Assembly: GCA_951406725.2 (NCBI GenBank)
Contig: OX597832.1
Span: forward strand, 62,682,001-62,746,000
Length of the DNA stretch: 64,000 nucleotides
Direction: 5' to 3'
DNA from: Octopus vulgaris
Lineage: Eukaryota
This document shows, piece by piece, positions 1 through 14,718 of the stretch. Position 1 is the stretch's first letter, and each line of letters begins with the position of its first letter. Made by a program: the position numbers and the translations under genes. The notes under the pieces are model-generated. The model ran no database searches, had not been told where the DNA came from, and saw only the letters and a list, made by a program, of their open reading frames with translations.

Positions 1-140
1 TTTGAGTTTTCTTCTACTAAATCCACTAACAAGACCGTCGGTCCGAGGCTATAGTAGAAAGCAATTGCCTAAGGGGCCACACAGTGGGACTGAACTCGGA
101 ACTATGTGGTTGTGAAGTAAATTTCTTACTACACAGCCAC
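1..140 (-). mobile_element. SINE family B head
   Basis: Reverse complement of gtggctgtgt..gttcagtcccactg. Confidence 0.75.
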
Positions 141-144
141 GATT

Positions 145-645
145 GCACATAAGTTAATTCAAAGAATGTCATAAAGGCGCCCAGTACGTGGGCAATTGCC
201 ATTGTTCGCTATATTGAATTGAACGAACGATGATAAGGATACATAGAGCAGAAACACTAGATAAGCGTTAACTGTGCATAAAGATATTCATGGGAAGTGA
301 GAGGACATATTAGCTTCTCTGATTATCCAAATGGTCAGCGAACGTTTAAGGGAGAAAAATAAACGCTCGAAAATAGGCCGTTACATGGATAATTCCACAG
401 AGAGACACCAAGAATGTGAAAAATCCTGCCCTGTCGTGTGAGTAAACACGTAGTGAAGATTTGAAGAGATTAATGCAGATATGTAGAAGAATGCACCTAT
501 CTGTGACTAACGATACTTATTCCACCGTTTTACTGGTTTCCAGGAAAAACGATCACTATTCAGAGTGAATGAGAAGTATTGCTCTTAAGAGTAGCTTCAT
601 AAAAAGGTTCGAACGGAAAGAGTTCAAACGGTCGTATCATAAGAC
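145..645 (+). mobile_element. Heavily decayed R4/Dong-like fragment
   Basis: NRPLHG*FHRET resembles WEEKPLHGKY of the intact ORF. Confidence 0.35.
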
Positions 646-671
646 TTGTCTCAATTTACACTGAACATTGA

Positions 672-1235
672 TTGGAGTAAAGGTTTCTGCCAACGTAACA
701 TGACAGACTTGGTTTAGGACCAATGTTGCTGTAGTTTAACCCCAGGAGACATCGTCTCCAGCTGGCTATATGACATGATCTGTGTCCTTATATTTTCGAA
801 CAAGGGAATCTAGCACCCCAACTCAGCTTGTTCGAAAATATAAAGACACAGATCGTATTTCTTTATTGCCCACAAGGGGCTATTCATAGAGAGGACAAAC
901 AAGGACAGACAAACGGATTAAGTCGATATATATATCGATCCCAGTACGTAACTGGTACTTAATTTATCGACCCCGAAAGGATGAAAGGCAAAGTCGACCT
1001 CGGCGGAATTTGAACTCAGAACGTAACAGCAGACGAAACATCGCTAAGCATTTCGCCCGGCGTGCTAACGTTTCTGCTAGCTCGCCGCCTTCGTGTCGTA
1101 TAGCCAGATGGAGATGACTATAGCAACATTCGTCCTAAACCAGGACTGCCATGTTATGATGGCAAAATCTTTACTCCAAAGTACTGTTGCTGAATATCTC
1201 CCGTTGTGAGATTTACAAATAGTAATTGATTGATT
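672..1235. mobile_element. Foldback/MITE-like element with long inverted arms, interrupted by a SINE
   Basis: 672-804 is the reverse complement of 827-855 plus 1092-1179 (with a gap); a related copy is at 4456-4670. Confidence 0.7.
856..1091 (-). mobile_element. tRNA-derived SINE family A (Meta/MESC-like core), Tx1-like tail
   Basis: Head aaggcggcgagctagcagaaacgttagc, B box gagttcaaattcc, core gcctttcatcctttcggggtcgataaa, tail gccccttgtgggcaataaagaaata. Core name is from recall. Confidence 0.8.
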
Positions 1236-1249
1236 GTAAAAAAAAAAAC

Positions 1250-1937
1250 TTCTTTGCCAACCACATGGTTTTGGGTTCAGTTCCAATGCGTGGCACCTTG
1301 GGCAAGTGTCTTCTACTACAGTTTCGGGCCGACCAAAGCCTTGTGAGTGGATTTGGCAGACGGAAAGCGAAAGAAGCCCGTAGCATACATAGATATATGT
1401 ATGTATATATGTGTGTATGTGTGTATGTGTGTGCGCAATTTAGTTCACAGGCGATCTAGATGACTAGGCACGATGGGTAAGTGCTTTATAGCCGAGACGG
1501 GAGTTATGGAACCATTGTAGATTTCCGACGTAGCAGATATATAAGAGGACAACAAAAACTAAGGCAAGACAAATATTTCAAATCATAGACGTCATATTAT
1601 TGAAAAAATTCAAAGTCTTACAGCAGTTTCTGGGGTATCTCAGGGTATAGGGCATTCCGTCATCAGTGACAAATGAAAAGGGTATAGATTAATAAAACGA
1701 TGATATAGAGGATAGGAGAAAGGAATAAGGAGATGAAAAAAAAGAAGAAAGAGGGGGAAAAGAAGTTCGAATTTCCGATCGTATAGACGTTAATCCGTAA
1801 GTTCTTAGGTGAAATTCTGTGTAAATTCGTGTAGGTTAAAGTCATAATAGTGTAAATATTCAGAAATAAACGCGAACGTATCGACGTTCGGTAAAAGAAT
1901 GGCAGCGGAAGTGGCTATTAAGGGGTAAAGAGAAATA

Positions 1938-1975
<38 letters not shown>

Positions 1976-2225
1976 TATATATATATATGCATGTATGTAT
2001 GTGTCTTTGTGTCTATGTTTGTTCTTCATCACCCCTTGACAACCGATACTGGTGTGTTTACGTCCTCGTCACTTAGCGGTTCAGCAAAGGGATTGATAGA
2101 ATAAGTAACAGGATTAAGAATAAGTAGTGGGGTCGATTCATTCAACCGAAAAGCTTTCCCATGCGGTGCCCCGGCATGGCCGCAGTCTTAATAGCTGAAA
2201 TAACTAAAATGTAATAAATGAAAAA
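1250..2225 (+). mobile_element. SINE family B split by a ~500 bp insert in its internal microsatellite
   Basis: Head 1250-1385, tail 2000-2225, unrelated sequence 1440-1935 in between. Confidence 0.65.
1440..1935 (-). mobile_element. Penelope-like pLTR fragment with degenerate hammerhead motif
   Basis: Minus 1670-1615: gtca CTGATGA cggaatg..ataccccA GAAAC tgct GTA agac, then aataat. Minimal type I hammerheads are characteristic of PLE pLTRs. Confidence 0.45.
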
Positions 2226-2229
2226 TACT

Positions 2230-2680
2230 AGTCAGGTGGTATGATCCTATATTCCAGAAACAGCTGTAGTTGAACCCAGGAAGCCAGAAACTCTATATAG
2301 CTTTCGCATCCAAAGAGAAAGAGGGGGGACAGGGGTAGAGAAAATAACTGAGCATCGCAGACCATAAATGATTCAACACAACAAAAAATAAATAAAATAT
2401 AAGTTACAATTCCTTCAGACAAAGCCGTTTCAAAGAAACAGAAAGAAAAGTCCTCGAAATAATTTGAATTCAAAAGTAGAATTATCAAAATGTGAGAATG
2501 TCCTGGGGCCAAAGAAAAATTGCACACCACTTATCACGAGGGAATTAGGTTCAATTGAAAACAAAAAAGAAATACAAAAAAGTAACGTGCCACTTGCAAC
2601 GGCTGGAGATCGAGACAGACACGTGACTGATCCAAAAACATGTCCTCATTGGAATGGTGTATGCATTTTAGGAAAGATAC
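2230..2680 (+). mobile_element. R4/Dong-like endonuclease C-terminal relic
   Basis: IPSDKAVSKKQKEK..ELSK..PLITRELGSI parallels the RLE C-terminus. Confidence 0.5.
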
Positions 2681-3137
2681 GGGGTTGGTTTCCAGAATTT
2701 TTCTGAGATATGTGCTTTCTGTTAAAGGCCCACGGTTAAGACTTGAGAGAGAGAGAGAAAGAGAGTGAGAGAAAGAGACAGAGAGAACATAAGACAATGA
2801 AAAAGTAGTACATTATATCCATGAGGACGATGAATGGGGAGGAGAGGAAGGAGATGATGAGAAGGGAGAGGAAGAGGGGGGGAGGAGGAGGAGGAGGTGG
2901 GGTGAGGAAGAAGATAAGAAGGAGGGGGGAGGAGAAGGCGACGAAGAAGAAGAAGGAGGAGGAGGAGGAATAAGAAGAAGAAGAAGAAGAACAACAACAA
3001 CAACAACAATAAAGAGGAAGAGAAGAAGAAGAAGAAGACGAAGAAGGAGGAGGAGGAGGAGGAGGAGGAAGAGAAGAAGAAGAAGAAGAAGAAGAAGAAG
3101 AAGAAGAAGAAGAAGAAGAAGAAGAAGAAGAAGAAGA

Positions 3138-3835
<698 letters not shown>

Positions 3836-4335
3836 AGGTCATTCTTTCTCAACTCATAGTGTGCGTTGACTTTGCGTATGACTACAGAGGTGAATAATAA
3901 AGGTGAACAAGTTTCTCCCTGGACGATACCTGTTTTGATTTGACCCCCTCGGCTGAGCTCTGGTCGTTGAGGAAGAGACGTGTTTTCCAACTAAGCCTGT
4001 CGTTCTTCATCATTGCTCAGCTATTCCGCACATGCTGAATGTTTCCAAAATGCACGAATGCGGCCTTGTGAAAACCTATCCATATACAACTTTGCACAAT
4101 TTTTTGGTACCGTTTTCAGTTCTTCATTACAACCGTGTCTATCACAAGAAGGTCCTTGGTGCCCTTAGATCCTTTTCGACATCCCTTTTGTTCTAGGTAA
4201 GTAGAGTGTTTTCCGCAAAGAACATATATTTTCCATGCGAGCATGCCTATTAACACTTTCCATAAAGAGAAGCAATGGGTCGGTAATTGCCGACCTCATT
4301 GCCCTTTGACCGATCTTTCATCCATTCCACACCAC
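3836..4335 (-). mobile_element. R4/Dong-like RT relic
   Basis: Minus: GNYRPIASL, EQKGCRKGSKGTKDLLVID, IKTGIVQGETCSPLLFT. Confidence 0.75.
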
Positions 4336-4455
4336 TCTGTATACAATTGTCTAATGGCAATGCAATTTGTTTGTGTATTATTCATTGTGTATTGTTGTGC
4401 TCCATGTCTTGGGCCCTTGTGATCAATCAAAGAAATCATTATTAATATTTTTGTC

Positions 4456-4670
4456 GTAGTAAAGCTTGTTTGCCAACATAATATGGCAGTCTTGGTTTAG
4501 GACTAATGTTACTGTAATTTAGCCGCAGGAGATATTGTCTCCAACTGGCTATACGACATGTTCTGTGTCCTTATATTCGTCCTAAACGAGGACTACCATG
4601 TTATGTTGGCAAACAATCTTTACTACAAAGTACTGTTGCTGAATATCTCACGTTGTGGGATTTACAAGTG
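4456..4670. mobile_element. Second, centrally deleted copy of the foldback element
   Basis: Arms gtagtaaag..tttaggac / gtcctaaac..ctttactac and the same tail agtactgttgctgaatatctc.cgttgtg.gatttacaa. Confidence 0.7.
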
Positions 4671-5509
4671 TTAATTTTCTAATATTTTTGTTGTTGCTAT
4701 CAAGGCAGTGCGCTGGCAAAATCTTTACGATACCGGACAAAATGCTTGTCGGTATTACTTCTGGCTTTACGGTCAGTGTTCAAATACACCCCACCCAGGT
4801 TGAGTTAGCCTTTCATCCTATCGGGTTACGATTAAATATGTACGAATAGAGCACGTTGTGGGGGAAGGTCGATGTCATTGACATCTCCCTCCTCAAAATT
4901 GCGGGCGTTGTGCGGAAACAAGTGGGAATAATTAACAAAATGATGATGGTAATGATGACGACGACGATGAAGATTATGCTGATAACGACGGTGGCGGCGA
5001 TGGAGTTGTTGTTGGTGGTGGTGGTTGTGGTGGTGGCGGCAGTAGTGGTGATGGGGGCGGCGGTGGTGATGGTGGTGGTGGTGGTGGTGGTAGTGGATGT
5101 GAGGGTAGCGGTGGTATTGATAATATTATTGGAGTGCTAAAATTTTATGTCTATTTTTTTTCTGGTGTAATTTAAAGAATTAACGTCTATTTTCTCGAAA
5201 TGGCGAAAGATAATTTCACTTCAAACTATGACGAAACGGTAGAGGAGAGAATTAGTAGAATTAGAACAAACGAAATAACAAAAAAAAAGAAAAACTAAAA
5301 ACAAACAACCAAATCTAATACAAATAATAACACAGACATTAAAACAGGTAAAAAAAAATAGTAAATAAATAATAGATTAAAGATTTTAAATACAAAATGA
5401 TAATAATTTACTTGCCTGTGGTTGGCTCTATTGAAATGTGCGTTGATGTTATGTATTGTACCACACCAATATATACACACATAGATACATACAAACATAC
5501 ATACATACA

Positions 5510-5542
<33 letters not shown>

Positions 5543-5594
5543 GCATATGTGTATATATATACACACATATATACACACACATATGTATATACAC

Positions 5595-5625
<31 letters not shown>

Positions 5626-5772
5626 ATGCATGTATGTATATGTGTATATGTGTGTGGCAGTAAGAATGAATGTATATACATATACATCTGTGTATATATG
5701 CATATATATATAAACATTTATATATGTATATATATATAAACATATACAGGCATGCATACACATATATACACA

Positions 5773-5845
<73 letters not shown>

Positions 5846-6690
5846 ATATAAACCAATATATATCTACATGTGTTTATACCCAGATATATGAACGTGTTTT
5901 CAAATGTGTATGCATAAATGAGTATATATGTACACACACAGACACAGACACATACACACAGACACACGCACACACACATATATAGGTGTGTCTGTGTTTA
6001 TATGTGTGTATGAATGCGTTTGTATGTATGTATCTATAGATACGTTTGTATGTATGTATCTATATATATATGTAATAATACAGACACATATGCATACATA
6101 CACACGCATACACATAAACATTCTCTCACACGCTATCACACTTCTTTTTGTTTGCTAAAATGTATAATTTTCTGTTTTCAATATCCAAGCGAAAAATCGA
6201 TGAAGAATTTATTGCCGGACGATTCAAAACAGATTAAAATTCTGTCTAACCGGAAGTCTTAAGGTTTCTTCTGGTTGAAAAAAAAAAGAACAAACAAATA
6301 AAAAGCATTTAAGAAAATCACATTAGAAAAACATAAATTTATATAAAAATGGATAACAGGTATATTGGGCTGTGTAACAACAATAACCACGAGAATAAAG
6401 TCGAACGATAATGAGATGAATAAAGTCTTCGTTGTGTTGGAATTTGTCTTTTCCTTAAAGTATATCATTGTTTTATTTATGTTTCTGTTATTGCGTTCTG
6501 AAAGTGACAATTTGAATGTTACAGCGGATTAGCTGGTTAAGTAGATTGGTTTTCTTCGATTAGATGTGCAGATTCCTAGTTCGAATACAACCCAAGAAAA
6601 TATATGTATGTAGGTATGCATGTATGTAGGTATGCATGTATGTAGGTATGTATGTACTGTATATATATACTGTATATATATATGTATATA

Positions 6691-6756
<66 letters not shown>

Positions 6757-6791
6757 TATAGTTGGAAATGGATGGTTGGCATTCAAAATAA

Positions 6792-6856
<65 letters not shown>

Positions 6857-6862
6857 AAAGAT

Positions 6863-6894
<32 letters not shown>

Positions 6895-6904
6895 AAAGAC
6901 ATAA

Positions 6905-6991
<87 letters not shown>

Positions 6992-7141
6992 TGTACATAT
7001 GTATCATATGCATATATATATCTATATACATGTGCATATATACATGTGTATATATACGTGCCTATATGTACATGTGACTGAAAGAAGTAATAAATAAAAG
7101 ATAAGATACACACACACACATACACACAAACACACACACAT

Positions 7142-7560
7142 ATAGCTACGTGGTTAAGAATCTCGCTTTGCACCCACGTGGTTTTGCGTTCAATCCTACT
7201 GGACACCTTGGAGAAGGAAATTTCTTCTATGACAGTCCCTTCTCGACGCATGCGCTGTGAGTGAATATTGTAGACGGTCAATATATGTCAGCTTGTTTTA
7301 TGTGTTTGTATCTATGTATATGCTTGAATCTGTGTGAGTGTGTGTGCTCGCGCGTGCTTCTTTCTCTTTGATGTTTGTCTCTTCACCGCCACTGCTTGAC
7401 AACCAGTGTTGGTCTGTTTATTGCTCTCATAACTTGGCGGTTCAGCGAAAGAGATCGACAGTAAATGTACCAGATTTATAAAAGTATGAAGTCGATTTTA
7501 TTCGACTAAAACTTTGAAAGCCCTGCCCCAGCATGGCCACAGTTCGGTGACTGAAGAGCA
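7142..7560 (+). mobile_element. SINE family B, diverged
   Basis: Head, internal microsatellite and tail all recognisable. Confidence 0.7.
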
Positions 7561-7813
7561 TTAATGATAATCGATACTTTCTCTGGAGACACAAGTGATT
7601 GCGCTCACGCACGCGCACACACACAGACACAAACGGTAACACACACGCTGACGCACACAGACATACGCACATCGACATGCACAAATATACACACACACAG
7701 AAACACATACATACGCATACACATACATACACACAAGAACACAAATAGAGCAGGAAGCAGTTGAGGGATGATACACTAGTCTAGGATTCCATTGATTGCA
7801 GACCATATCCTGA

Positions 7814-7865
<52 letters not shown>

Positions 7866-8316
7866 AAATGGAAGGAAAGAAAGAAAGAAAGAGAGAAAGA
7901 AGGGAGGAAAGAAAGAAAGAAATACAGAAACAAAAAACGAAGATAATTAAAGAATATTGGCTAGTGGAACAGTGACACTGGGTGTTCTTACCAATAACAC
8001 GACATTCTTACTCTTTAGTGCTTTATGGGTTCCGCTTCATGCATTTTGAATTGTTTCTTAAGCAGTTCTAAGCTACGTAAAGATTTTGTTTTATTTTATT
8101 TTATTAATATTTCGTCTTTTGTTTTAGGGATTGTTTTTTTTTGTTTGTTAGTTGTTTTGTTTATTGTTTTGTTGGTTTTTTTTGTTTTTGTTTTTTGCCA
8201 ATTTGCATTCTCTGCGAAGATTTAAATATGGCTATTCTTAATGGTCTGCTGGTTTTTATTGTCTCCCCTTTATTTCAGTGTGCTGTTGGTGCTGTTGTTG
8301 CTTGTGGTAGGGCAGT

Positions 8317-8546
8317 ATCATTCTCTTACGTCAGAAATAATTCAGCCAATCGTAGGCCTTTTTCACACATGGCCACACATACACAATTTATGTGTGCATA
8401 TAGATAGATAGTTATTACATACATGCATACATACATATATACATACATACATGTGCATGTGTGACTGTGTGGGTGTAAATATGTGCCCCCATGTATGAAA
8501 ATGTCACACGATTGGCTGAATTAATGCTGACGCTGGGGACAGTGAG
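8317..8546. repeat. ~65 bp imperfect inverted repeat around a microsatellite (MITE-like)
   Basis: cgtcag..taattcagccaatcgt / acgattggctgaatta..ctgacg. Confidence 0.65.
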
Positions 8547-8661
8547 GCATCCACACACATACACAAATACACGTACATATACACAATTATATTTGTATAC
8601 ATACATATATGTGTGTGTATCTGTATGTATTTATGTATGTATGTATGTATGTATGTATATG

Positions 8662-8700
<39 letters not shown>

Positions 8701-8703
8701 ATA

Positions 8704-8872
8704 GGCGCAGGTATGGCTGTATGGTAAGAAGCTTGCTTACCGACCACATTGTTCTGGGTTCAGTCCCACTGCGTGGCATCTTGGGCAAGTTGGATAAGTA
8801 TCTTCTACTAAAGCCTCGGGCCGACCAACGTCTTGTAAGTGGATTTGGTAGACGGATACTAAAAGAAGCCCG

Positions 8873-8915
<43 letters not shown>

Positions 8916-8928
8916 GAGAGAGAGAGAC

Positions 8929-8961
<33 letters not shown>

Positions 8962-9145
8962 GAGATGTGTGTGTGTCATTCTGTCTCTGTCCACTCCCCA
9001 CCGTCTCTTGACAACCGATCTTGGTGTGTTTACGTCTACGTAACCAAGCGGTTAGGCAAAAGAGACCGACAGATTAAGTTCCATGTTTACAAAGAATAAA
9101 GTCCTGGGGTTAAATGGCCGAAACAAGTAAACGGATAAAATAAAG
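8704..9145 (+). mobile_element. SINE family B
   Basis: Head and CORE-like region match; tail partly deleted. Confidence 0.8.
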
Positions 9146-9444
9146 AACACACGTTTACCGGAATATCAACCGTCGACGTGAAAAACCGGAAGCACTGTCC
9201 AAGCAGTTCTCGAGTACTTTACGTCATATTAATCCTTCCGATTTGCCTACGCGTTCTCTTTTTACTACCTTCGTCAGAAATACAGTGGAGCAATGATATG
9301 TATTATTTGGGTAGCATTTGGCTGCTATTTCTAACAACACAATCGTCCGCCTAAAAGCTTCTTCTGTGTCTCTTCGATAATTCTTCGTTCTTTATCGTAT
9401 GTTGTGTCATCAACGAGGTTTTGTCTTTTCCCCTTTTTTGTATT

Positions 9445-9646
9445 TACTTTTTTACGTGTTTCAGTCACTAGATTACGGCCATGCTGGGGCTTTTTGAGTT
9501 GAATGAATCAACCCAGTACTTATTCTTTAAGCCAGGTACTTATTCTATCTGTGTCTTTTCGCGAAGTGTTAAGTTACGGAGATGCAAACACACCAGCACT
9601 GCCTGTCAAGAGGTGGTGGGCAGACTAAAAGTGACAGAAAGACACA

Positions 9647-9650
<4 letters not shown>
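9445..9650 (-). mobile_element. SINE family B tail
   Basis: tgtttcagtca..ggccatgctgggg..tacttattctatc. Confidence 0.65.
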
Positions 9651-9709
<59 letters not shown>

Positions 9710-9980
9710 AGATATAGATATAGATATAGATATAGATACACACACACACATATATATATATGTATATATATACACGCACACATACATATAAATATATATG
9801 TATATATATATACACACACATATATATATATGGATACAGGACATCACCAACAGTAAACAACATGAAATACGAGAACAAATGAGTTCAGTACACAAACAAC
9901 GAGAGAAACAAATGGAAAACAGGGCAAGTAGCACAAAGAACGACTCTTCATCAGTTCTTGGCTGTCTCCTCATTTCGAGT

Positions 9981-10813
9981 AACGTGTGTGGGCTGAATAG
10001 TTCTTTGGCTAACTAAGGAAGAGCTATCATACAGTAATTAAACTTGGTATGCATTAAATTCAACCTTTACTGATGCTAACCGCATTTTTTCTTTCCAGAT
10101 AAACTCATATTAGTTACAGAATTGAGTACTTGGAAAAGTGGTGCTAGAGACATTTCGGAGAAATGGGTACAATTTGGCACCGTGGTGTTACCAAATATCT
10201 TCAGAAAAAGTGTTTAGACCCCAAGGATCTTCATGCTGACAGGGTTGCTACATCAGGGGATGATGCTCCAGCTTTATCAACTGTGCAAAAGTGGGCAGTT
10301 GAATTCAAGAGGGCTAGGGAGAGTCTTAAAGATGACCCAAGGTCCAGACGTCCTGCCTCAGCCGCTACTCGAGAAAACGACGCGTTCACCACATGGTGAT
10401 GATGACAGATGTTTAAATGTTAATCAGGTAGCTAACGGGGTCCTGCTTCACCACGACAATGTTACTGCACACAAGTCTATGGTTGCAATGGTTGCTGAGC
10501 ACGACTAGGCTTTGAACTGGTCGATCACCCTCCATGTTCTCCTGATTTGGCACCGTCTAACTATTTTCTGTTCTCCAAGAGGAAAAGACACTTGGCTGGA
10601 AAGCAATATCGAACCGATGGTGAGGTAATATCTGCTATTGAGGACATTTTTGAGGGTCAGGTTGAGGGCTTCTATACCACGGGAATCCGAACGCTGCAAC
10701 GCCGATGAAAGAAGTGTAGGCCCGCAAGGGAGACTACGTCGAAAACTAAAACACATTTGGTCAAGTTCGGCCATTGCATCGTGGTCAGCCTATGAACTTT
10801 GCAGCCCACCCTC

Positions 10814-10816
<3 letters not shown>
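9981..10816 (+). mobile_element. mariner-type transposon, internally deleted and decayed
   Basis: HTH part ALSTVQKWAVEFKRARESLKDDPRSRRP; LLHHDN; HPPCSPDLAPSNYFLF; diverged TIRs aacgtgtgtgggctgaatagtt / aactttgcagcccaccctcgta followed by TA. Confidence 0.85.
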
Positions 10817-10857
<41 letters not shown>

Positions 10858-10926
10858 ATTACTATAATTATTATTATTACTATAATTATTATTATTACTA
10901 TAATTATTATTATTATTATTACTGTG

Positions 10927-11015
<89 letters not shown>

Positions 11016-11017
11016 CT

Positions 11018-11231
11018 AAGGTGGTGAGCTGGAAGAATCGTTAGCAGGCTGGGCATAATGTTTAACGGTATTTCGTTCGTCTTGACGTTCTAACTGCAAA
11101 TTCTGCCGAAGACGACGTTGTCTTTCGTCCTTTCGGGGTCGATAAATTATGTATTACTGAAACAGTGGGGTCGATGTAATCGTCTAGTCCCCTCCCCAAA
11201 GATTTCCCGCCTTGTGCCTTTAGTAGAAAGG

Positions 11232-11233
<2 letters not shown>
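11018..11233 (+). mobile_element. SINE family A with (ATT)n tail
   Basis: Same head and core; ends ccttgtgcctttagtagaaagg then (ATT)n. Confidence 0.8.
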
Positions 11234-11326
<93 letters not shown>

Positions 11327-11994
11327 CATCATTATTATTATTATTATAAGTATTATTATTATTATCACCATCATCATTATTATTAAGGATAAAAATTGTT
11401 ATTTTTATGTTCTCCTCTACGCTACTGCCAAAATCAAAAGTGTCCATTGTCTGTCGGAGACTGTGGCAGTTTTTAGCGAAAAACATCGTTCCCCAAACCA
11501 AACCAGACGTCAATGTGGCTATTTTAGTCGACATACTTTGCCTCGACATGGTATTGGGTGATCACATGACCAATATAGCCAGCTAGTACTGATTAAGCGA
11601 CTGTCGCATTCCCTCGAGTCTACTTTTTCCGTATCGATCAGGAAATTTATCACGAAATAATATAAGCTAATAAATTAAACCCCTGCTCCTACTCACCACC
11701 TCCGCGACTAACAGCAACACCGCTATCACCGCTTTCGCCATTGCCGCCATTATTTTGGTCGATGGCAACAACAAAAGACACAACAAGCAAAGAGATAAAT
11801 AAATGAATAAGCAAAAAAATGGTAGCGAAAAATCAAAGAAATTGTAGATATGGCTAGAAAAAAACAACACAACTTGAATATTCTAACACTAAGGTATGTG
11901 GGTTACAATATTATGGTAGCTTTTCGTGATGAATTGAGGACAGACAGAAAATTACTCAATTCAAGATAGAGTCAGACACTTACAACCGAATTTG

Positions 11995-12091
<97 letters not shown>

Positions 12092-12533
12092 TGTGTGGTT
12101 CACAAATGATGTTGTGTTTCTGCTATTTTTTTTTAGGTTTGTCTTTATTCTCTTTTTTTTGTTTTTGTTGTGCCTCATAAAATATTTGGAGACACGAAAA
12201 AATAGCAAAGAGAATGAGGTATTAGGACTATAAACTACGAAAGGTTGTCAGTTCAAATTTACTTTAAGTTTGTATACACGAATACACACACCGTCACACA
12301 AATACATACACACACACACACACTCAAACATAGGTACAAGCACATACAAACGCAGAAACTTTCATATGTGTATATACATATATTACTTTTACATATATAC
12401 ATATATACATATATATGTATGTGTGTGTGTGTATAAATATATATATATACATATCACACGTATGTATATATATATATGTGTACATTAAGACTCACAAACT
12501 CATTGCTATAAATACAAACATACATACTCACAC

Positions 12534-12604
<71 letters not shown>

Positions 12605-13159
12605 CGTGTGTGTGTCTGTGTCCGTGTGAGTTTGTATGCGTGTGCATGTATGTATGTATGTGTGTATGTACGTGTGTATAAAACCTGATGCAAACCGGAC
12701 TGCCATGTTGTGTCCTTTCATATTCAGGATGTCATCTAGCCATACGATCATTAGCAACCGATATAATCATTTTCCAGGCAGAAATATGTACATCAGTGGA
12801 TAAGATGTAGTGAAAAAGTTCAAGGTTGTGCTGTAGCTTTGCCGCAGTTATATGACCGGCAACAGTTAACAGTTAAAAGATATATGCCTCCCTATGTGTA
12901 CGCTCCCCTCTACACAAACACATGCATACATATATATATGCATATATATACAGACATATATGTATATATATGTATGTGTGTGTGTGTGTATTCACAATAT
13001 CAAAATTAAAGATTACTCCGAAGTAGCAACAGCATTAATTTTAATTCTATAATTCTTCACCGCCTTTCAAAGACCAACACATTTGCAGCGATTGGTAACC
13101 ATTACAATTGCAACCCTACAATAAAATACACACACACAGAGGCATACACACATATACAT

Positions 13160-13235
<76 letters not shown>

Positions 13236-13238
13236 ATA

Positions 13239-13295
<57 letters not shown>

Positions 13296-13404
13296 TATAT
13301 TATTTTTTTTTATTTCATCTAGTTTCAGCTCACGAGCTGTAGCCATGCTGGGGCACCGCCGTTTGGTGTTGCTACATAAATTTACTTTACGAATGTTTTT
13401 TAGC

Positions 13405-13664
13405 AATTGACATTTGGTGCATGAGAGAGTTTGATGCAGCTGCCCTCATCTGCCCCCTACTGCCGTGAAGTTGGTTCATCTGGAGCTCCACCCCATGCAG
13501 ATCTCTCAGGTCCTTCGGGAAGATATTGAAGATCTGTGGACCTCTGAAGCCCAGGATATTGCAGTATCTCGTCCTAAATCTTGATGGCAAATTTTGAGTC
13601 CTTGGCACTATGCAGTGGTGCCCAGTCCTAGTATTTGTATAACTCTCGATGCCAAAGTTTGGGA
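13405..13664 (-). mobile_element. CR1-group LINE 3' fragment
   Basis: RTGHHCIVP..YCNILGFRGPQIFNIFPKDLRDLHGV..RAAASNSL, resembling the CR1-type ORF2 C-terminus. Confidence 0.7.
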
Positions 13665-13666
13665 CA

Positions 13667-13740
<74 letters not shown>

Positions 13741-14510
13741 GCACTCTTTTCCTTTTTGAGCGTCTTATTAATACATTACTTGTGCCTCGTCTAAACGTTT
13801 GTTTTCCTGCGTGTTTTTTGAATCGACTATATTTATGTGTGTGTATGTGTGTGTATGTGTGAGTATGTATGTGTGTGCATGTGTGTGTATGTGTGTGTGT
13901 GTAGTTTTGTCATGATTGCGACAGTTTTTAGAGATAGATATGCTCTGCAAGCAGTAGAAGGTGGTGGGCTAACTAGCTTTAACCTCTGCGCAGTGTATAA
14001 GCGTTGCCATCACTAATTTGGTTTTATGTTAATGCAGAGAAAACTATTAGTTTATCAGTTTATAAGAATTACTAAACTTAACGCAGCTCTCCAGAAAACA
14101 TTTGTATCTGAGATCCCGCTTCCAGCACGCTGCGTTTATAGGACAGTTCCTCTCCAAAGCTCTAGTATTGGAACAAAAGGTAGTCTCAATGATGAAATAC
14201 GAAATGACAACCGTAACATACGGTTTCTTGTATCCTTTCGTGATTTGATTTCTTTTTCTTCTGTGAACGCATGCTAGGTAAATATACATATATTTGTGCA
14301 TCGGTTTTCTATCGGTGAGCGTTTATATACAGATATATGTATTGAATGTATATATTTACGAGTTTAATGTTTATACAAAGCGAGAGAGAGAGAGAGAGAG
14401 AGAGAAAAGTTCATGTGCGTGTGTATGCGTTAGTTACATATATCAATACGTGCGATATGTGCGTATAATTTGGTATGTGTATACGCACATATATAATATA
14501 ATGTACACTA

Positions 14511-14546
<36 letters not shown>

Positions 14547-14648
14547 CTATATATATTTATATATATATATATAGACAAACATAAATACATATTTAGTGCA
14601 CACAAATATATAGATGTATAACTGAGTCTACGTCTGCATATAGACACG

Positions 14649-14718
<70 letters not shown>

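Noticed and set aside
8228-8310. Signal-peptide-like exon MAILNGLLVFIVSPLFQCAVGAVVAC
   Set aside because: Hydrophobicity is explained by T/G-rich sequence; no downstream exons are identifiable.
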